Assembly: GCA_964589775.1 (NCBI GenBank)
Contig: CAZPUN010000017.1
Span: 69,266-101,265 of the forward strand
DNA from: an uncultured archaeon
Lineage (GTDB): Archaea; Asgardarchaeota; Thorarchaeia; Thorarchaeales; CAZPUN01
Direction of reading: 5' to 3'
Length of the DNA: 32,000 nucleotides
A model generated the notes under the pieces. That model worked only from the letters and a program-made list of their open reading frames with translations. It had not been told where the DNA came from and searched no databases. Of this stretch, positions 27,609 to 32,000 are shown piece after piece. The position numbers and the translations under genes were made by a program. Numbering within the stretch: the stretch's first letter is position 1; every line of letters begins with the position of its first letter.

Positions 27609-27941
27609 ATGAAACGATCAGATGTATACATTATATGGCCAGCATATATTGATTCAACAAAATCAAGAAAACAAGGACGAAAAATCTCAATAAATCTATG
27701 TGTAAAAAAACCTTCATTAAAAGAGATAATAGAAGCCGCAAACAGAGCTGGAATTTCAATAGAAATAGAGCAAGGTAAAGCATACCCAAGAATGTGGTGG
27801 TCAGATAAAGGATATATCATGATTCCTAAAAGTAAATTTTCGTCTAAATTATTAGCAATTAAAACTATTGCAAAACAGTTAAGAAGAATTAGAGCTGAAG
27901 CGATGAAAGCGCCCCAGAAAAAGAAAAAACGTAAAAAATGA
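27609..27941 (+). CDS. srp19: Signal recognition particle 19 kDa protein
   Basis: IIWPAYIDS.KSR..GRKI, V..P.L.EI..AA, K.YPR.WW...G.I, K...I..IA. Confidence 0.95.
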   Translation: MKRSDVYIIWPAYIDSTKSRKQGRKISINLCVKKPSLKEIIEAANRAGISIEIEQGKAYPRMWWSDKGYIMIPKSKFSSKLLAIKTIAKQLRRIRAEAMKAPQKKKKRKK

Positions 27942-28027
27942 TATGTTTGATGATAATTTTTCCAGAATATTTATATAGTTTTTATCGTTTTTTGTAATAG
28001 AATAAACAATTCTTGAGCAAATAGGAG

Positions 28028-28291
28028 TTGGAGCATCTGAAAAGAATAGGAATTGTCATCCAAACAACAAAAAGCGGAACAATACTTGTAAAATCAAAAT
28101 TTACACCAAAGGAAGGGGCATGGGCTGTTGATCCATCTCTAAGAAAAGTCGGAAAAATCATAGACATTTTCGGACCTGTTAAGGCACCATATGTTGCAAT
28201 AAAGCCATTAGATACAAAAGACCTCAAAAATCTGATAGGAAAACCACTATATCTGCTCGAGAAAAAGAAAAGGGGGCGTATTAAGAGATGA
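28028..28291 (+). CDS. gar1: H/ACA RNP component Gar1
   Basis: [21 protein letters not shown]; overlaps tfb by ATGA. Start is TTG 28028 or possibly CTG 28037. Confidence 0.9.
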   Translation: MEHLKRIGIVIQTTKSGTILVKSKFTPKEGAWAVDPSLRKVGKIIDIFGPVKAPYVAIKPLDTKDLKNLIGKPLYLLEKKKRGRIKR

Positions 28292-29220
28292 CAGCAATTA
28301 AAGAATCAGATAACTATAAAGTTTGTCCCGAGTGCGGGAGCACGAATTTTGTTCAAGATTATGTGAGAGGCGAATTAGTTTGCAGTAATTGTGGACTTGT
28401 TATAACCGAACAGATTGTAGATAATCGAGCAGAATGGAGAGCGTTTGATAAGTCACAAAGCGATAAACGTTCACGAGTAGGCATGCCAATGACATATACA
28501 ATCCATGATAAAGGATTGTCAACTCTTATTGATTATCGAAATAAAGACGCAAAAGGAAAAGACATCAAAGGAAAACAAAGAGAACGCCTATATAGATTAA
28601 GAAAATGGCACCGAAGACTTAGAATTACGGACGCTACACAAAGAAACTTAGCATTTGCACTATCTGAAATCGATAGAATGGCGTCACAATTAGGATTACC
28701 TAAGAACGTTCGGGAACGAGCTTCATTGTTTTATAGAAAAATTGTAGAAATGAAGCTAATAAGAGGTAGATCAATGGAAAGTGTAGCTGCCGCAGCTTTG
28801 TATGCAGCTTGCAGAATTTCAAATATTCCACGAACTTTACCTGAAATAGCAAGTGTATCAAAAGTTAACAAAAAAGAAACTGCACGAATTTATAGATTTA
28901 TGATTAGACAATTAGACATTAGAATTAAACCAACTAGCCCCGCAGAATTTGTTTCAAGACTTTCATCAAAACTAAATATACCAACAGACGTTGAAGTATT
29001 AGCGATTGACATAATAAAACAAGCAAAGAAAAATGGTTTAACATCTGGAAGAGGGCCTACAGGAATTGCAGCTGCAGCATTATATATTGCAAGCATTCTT
29101 AAAAATGCACAGCTAACTCAGAAAAAAATTGCAGAGATTGCACAAGTAACTGAAGTAACAGTTAGAAATAGATACAAAGAATTAGTAAATAAGCTTAATC
29201 TAATCCCGCAACTAAATTAA
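28288..29220 (+). CDS. tfb: Transcription initiation factor B
   Basis: Zn ribbon CPECG...[59 protein letters not shown]. Confidence 0.98.
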   Translation: MTAIKESDNYKVCPECGSTNFVQDYVRGELVCSNCGLVITEQIVDNRAEWRAFDKSQSDKRSRVGMPMTYTIHDKGLSTLIDYRNKDAKGKDIKGKQRERLYRLRKWHRRLRITDATQRNLAFALSEIDRMASQLGLPKNVRERASLFYRKIVEMKLIRGRSMESVAAAALYAACRISNIPRTLPEIASVSKVNKKETARIYRFMIRQLDIRIKPTSPAEFVSRLSSKLNIPTDVEVLAIDIIKQAKKNGLTSGRGPTGIAAAALYIASILKNAQLTQKKIAEIAQVTEVTVRNRYKELVNKLNLIPQLN

Positions 29221-29221
29221 A

Positions 29222-29244
29222 TCTCTCTTTTTTCTATTTATTTT
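29222..29244 (+). terminator. Oligo-T/pyrimidine tract after tfb, candidate archaeal terminator
   Basis: TCTCTCTTTTTTCTATTTATTTT immediately after the tfb stop, at a convergent junction. Confidence 0.45.
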
Positions 29245-29256
29245 AATTATTGTAAA

Positions 29257-29631
29257 CTATACATTATCCTTTTCAATATTAGAGGTTATCCAAAAAGTTA
29301 ATTCAGAACAGGTATATGGAGAATGAGGCTGACGCGCACCACATTGATACAAATATGGACAATGAAAACAAGGACACCCGTTTAGATCGGAAAGATCTTC
29401 TTCAAAAGTAAAAATGTCGCGATAAAACAGCCGGTAATCAATATGGTCACTATTCCGCTCAGCGACCCTAATAAAAATACCTTCCGCAACAAGAGATTCA
29501 ACAACTTCAAAAACAGAATTTTTGTTAAATTCAATAGTTTGAACTAGTTCATGTTCCAAAATGCCTAATTTTCCTGTTGATTTTACAGTTTGAATTAGGC
29601 GCTCGATTGAGGGATCATTCATGTCAATCAT
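29257..29631 (-). CDS. TFE-beta / RNA polymerase III C34(RPC39)-like protein (winged helix plus FeS domain); start uncertain (29622, 29631 or 29667)
   Basis: GI.EHEL...V..LV.EG...R winged helix and C-terminal CPCFHC.....C......P..C..L..W; convergent with tfb, a known context for this family. Confidence 0.82.
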   Translation of the reverse strand: MIDMNDPSIERLIQTVKSTGKLGILEHELVQTIEFNKNSVFEVVESLVAEGIFIRVAERNSDHIDYRLFYRDIFTFEEDLSDLNGCPCFHCPYLYQCGARQPHSPYTCSELTFWITSNIEKDNV

Positions 29632-29776
29632 TGAATTTTGATTTTGTATAATATTTCGCGTCAACATAACACAGCCCGTTAGAATTTGATGATTCAATAG
29701 GTAAATATTAGTTAATTTTGATGGCACTTATAGTTAAGCACATAATATAATATAAACATAGTCAACTCTGCATATA

Positions 29777-30394
29777 TTATATATCTACATTACAATTTTT
29801 AAACCCTTTTGCCACAAAATAAATCTCTGCACTCGACTTTCTAGATGCTGGAGGCTTTTCAATTTTGAAAAATTCAAAACATGGTTTTATTAAATTAATA
29901 AGTTCATCAAGTAAATCTCCTTGAAATACTTTCATTACCAAAGATCCACCTTTAACAAGTAATCGTAATGCATATTTAAAGGAATATTCTGCAAGAAATA
30001 TTTGCCGTGCATGATCTGTAGACCAAATACCAGAGACTTTAGGAGAGCAATCCGAAACGATTAAGTCTGCTTTTCCATTTAAAATTTCGTAAACTTTTTC
30101 AAAAACGGATTCAGACGTAATATCTCCTTTTATGAAAGTAATGTGAGGATTTGTCAAGCTCATATTTACTAAATCAATGGAAACCAAAGTAACATCTGGT
30201 ATTTCTTCAATAATGACTTGACTCCAACTCCCAGGGCTGCAGCATAAATCAACAACCCTAGAAACGCCCTTAAATATATTGTATTTCTTATTTATTTGCT
30301 TTAATTTATAGGACGCACGACTCTTATAGCCTTCTTTCTTCGCTAATTTAAAATAATAATCTTTACGATTTTCCATTCTACGTTTTCGAGGCAT
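29777..30394 (-). CDS. rlmE: RlmE/FtsJ 23S rRNA 2'-O-methyltransferase
   Basis: D.Y..LAK.EGY.SRA.YKL, VVDLC.SPG.WSQ, GDIT, SD.SP..SG....DH, KVFQG, KP.ASR..S.E.Y. Confidence 0.95.
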   Translation of the reverse strand: MPRKRRMENRKDYYFKLAKKEGYKSRASYKLKQINKKYNIFKGVSRVVDLCCSPGSWSQVIIEEIPDVTLVSIDLVNMSLTNPHITFIKGDITSESVFEKVYEILNGKADLIVSDCSPKVSGIWSTDHARQIFLAEYSFKYALRLLVKGGSLVMKVFQGDLLDELINLIKPCFEFFKIEKPPASRKSSAEIYFVAKGFKNCNVDI

Positions 30395-31577
30395 ATTTCT
30401 CACTACTTGATATAATAATTGATTTTATAATTGAAATTGGTGCATTCGAACGTATTGAATTTGGATTAAAATGTGTTCTGGTTGCTATATATCCAAGATT
30501 TAATAGTTCATTAATAACAGTTTCATTTGAAACTACAGATACATTTGATAATTTAGATAATAAATGTACATTATAGTAAAAAGGTATATTATTTTTTGAT
30601 TCTAAATCCATTAAAGTTAATACTTTTAAAACACGATGGTTCTTATCACGTACAGATTTAAGAGCTTTATTAATGAAACTCTGATCAAAGATAGGACCAA
30701 TCCAAAGAGGCCCCCCCACAATTAACTCACCTTTACAATTAGGGCAGCTATTGTCTTTTATTTTAGAAATAGGCAAAACTTCACGATACATGCATTTAGG
30801 ACAATATACAACATACCCGAAATTATTAATCAATTTATTAGCGCTATTTCTACCTTTAATGACTTTTATCCAAATGCGCATATAATGATCAGTACTAAGA
30901 GAAGCTAATGGAACAATAACATAATCATGTCGCATGGCAACTTTTGCGATACTATAAATAAGCAAACGTATCCCAATTTCATGACAAAATTCATTATTTA
31001 TTGAAATACCGCCATATTTTCGAAACGCAACATTTGGATATACCCCACATAAAACAGCAGTATCTGTAGCAGTAATTGATAATAAACCAGGTTTAGAAAT
31101 TGTCTCTAACGCATAATCGTAAAACTGAACAGGAGAACCAAACGGATCAATATCAATGTTAATAGGAGATATATCATTTATCCATAACATGTGTAATAAA
31201 TGATTCGCATCAAAATTATGAACTTCTATTTTTGAAGAAAGAAAATTTAGTTCAATATTTCGCTTAATAAAATAAGTAGATAAAGGGTTAATATCATTTG
31301 CAATGATTTTTTTATTGTGTGTTAGTTCCAAGCCATAGCGAATGGCACGAACACCAGTTCCCGCCAAAGCATCGACGATTAAATTATTTGATTTAAATAA
31401 GTCCATAAATGTATTAAGCATTATTATTGAAATGTCACGATTGAATTTCATCTTTGGATTATAAAATACAGGAAGCTTAGTTTCAATGTGATGCTTATCA
31501 GAACCAAGAAGAGATTGCGGAACTAATATAATCGCTTTTCCTTCGGTAATTGGAGATACAGTAAATTCATTAACCAT
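30378..31577 (-). CDS. trm1: tRNA (guanine26-N2)-dimethyltransferase Trm1
   Basis: TEG, PVFYNP.M.FNRD, DALAGTG.R.IR, NDIN, DAN, IDIDPFGSP, TATD, HE.G.R, CxxC/CxxC, GPLW.G, RTHF. Start reassigned to ATG 31575-31577 (GGTGAG SD). Confidence 0.95.
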   Translation of the reverse strand: MVNEFTVSPITEGKAIILVPQSLLGSDKHHIETKLPVFYNPKMKFNRDISIIMLNTFMDLFKSNNLIVDALAGTGVRAIRYGLELTHNKKIIANDINPLSTYFIKRNIELNFLSSKIEVHNFDANHLLHMLWINDISPINIDIDPFGSPVQFYDYALETISKPGLLSITATDTAVLCGVYPNVAFRKYGGISINNEFCHEIGIRLLIYSIAKVAMRHDYVIVPLASLSTDHYMRIWIKVIKGRNSANKLINNFGYVVYCPKCMYREVLPISKIKDNSCPNCKGELIVGGPLWIGPIFDQSFINKALKSVRDKNHRVLKVLTLMDLESKNNIPFYYNVHLLSKLSNVSVVSNETVINELLNLGYIATRTHFNPNSIRSNAPISIIKSIIISSSEKYASKT

Positions 31578-31617
31578 AAGCTCACCACATATAAAATATA
31601 GGAGAGTATAGATTAAC
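31578..31617. promoter_or_regulatory. 40-bp divergent trm1/rnhB intergenic region with AT-rich TATA-like core and SD-like motifs on both strands
   Basis: CTCACC (GGTGAG on minus), ATATAAAATATA, then GGAGAG on plus. Confidence 0.45.
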
Positions 31618-32000
31618 TTGACGATTAATACCATAAGTGGAATTGATGAAGCTGGTCGAGGAGCCGTATTAGGGCCATTAATCATTGCTGGAGTTACAAT
31701 AAGAAAGGAAGATACTAAAAAATTAGAAGAATTAGGAATAAAAGATTCAAAACTCCTAACTAAAAAAAGACGCGAAATACTAAATAACGAAATAAAAAGC
31801 ATTGCAACACAAATAATTATTGAGAAAATTGAACCAATAGTAATTGATAATGCAATATATAATGGAAAATCTTTGAACACACTCGAGTTAGAATATTTTG
31901 CAAGAATAGTACGTAAATTAGATACAAATATAATTTATGTTGATGCGCCAGATGTGAATTTAGTACGCGTTCATCAAATATTAAAAAATTCCACAAGGAA
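31618..32000 (+). CDS. rnhB: Ribonuclease HII, 5' part (runs off the window; not in the ORF track)
   Basis: TTG 31618, then TINTISGIDEAGRGAVLGPLIIAG...LGIKDSKLL...RRE...LN.LE...YVDA; all RNase HII motifs. Confidence 0.96.
   Translation, partial: MTINTISGIDEAGRGAVLGPLIIAGVTIRKEDTKKLEELGIKDSKLLTKKRREILNNEIKSIATQIIIEKIEPIVIDNAIYNGKSLNTLELEYFARIVRKLDTNIIYVDAPDVNLVRVHQILKNSTR

Noticed and set aside
27460-28027. TGATGA box-C-like words near 27541 and 27948 (also near 29687) as possible C/D sRNAs
   Set aside because: No appropriately spaced CTGA D box or terminal stem; expected by chance in AT-rich DNA.
31578-31880. Hydrophobic 101-aa N-terminal extension of Trm1 suggesting a membrane-anchored Trm1
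   Set aside because: Mostly the antisense of rnhB; the real start is ATG 31575-31577 with a GGTGAG SD.
1-32000. tRNA/rRNA/SRP RNA, CRISPR array, IS elements, inteins, selenocysteine read-through
   Set aside because: No GC-rich structured islands, periodic repeats, transposase or integrase motifs, oversize insertions, or in-frame TGA within conserved domains were seen.

Overview
AT-rich (roughly 30% GC by eye), very compact archaeal housekeeping region. I see no mobile element, CRISPR array, tRNA or rRNA. Gene order: a partial CDS, hypD, mobA, a four-subunit 2-oxoacid:ferredoxin oxidoreductase operon (korDABC-type) and an atypical kinase. Next is a minus-strand information-processing superoperon (METTL5-like, csl4, rpoL, a 6-TM protein, an RNase III-like domain, tfs, RPA14/Rpa3-like, PCNA, priL, priS, GINS). 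It is followed by a degenerate SufS-like protein, a small 2-TM protein, glmS, DUF460, rio2, two HTH regulators, a helical hypothetical protein, DUF61, fibrillarin, nop5, pyrD/pyrK, rps30e, elp3, an Sm protein, srp19, gar1, tfb, a TFE-beta/C34-like protein, rlmE, trm1 and the 5' part of rnhB. rps30e and rnhB are missing from the ORF track. S30e, a C34-like FeS protein and a SmAP2-type Sm point to a TACK/Asgard lineage; Asgard is my unverified preference. Main observations: (1) the conserved N-terminus of PriS has no ATG/GTG/TTG start and overlaps the end of priL at a GGGGGC-AAAAAA-G-ATA site, which implies AUA initiation, a +1 frameshift fusion or an indel; (2) a full-length cysteine-desulfurase homolog has lost the PLP lysine and phosphate pocket but keeps the catalytic Cys; (3) a lone Rpa3-like gene sits in the PCNA-primase-GINS operon; (4) several uncharacterised proteins are embedded in core operons. 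Family assignments come from motif recognition only; no database searches were run.
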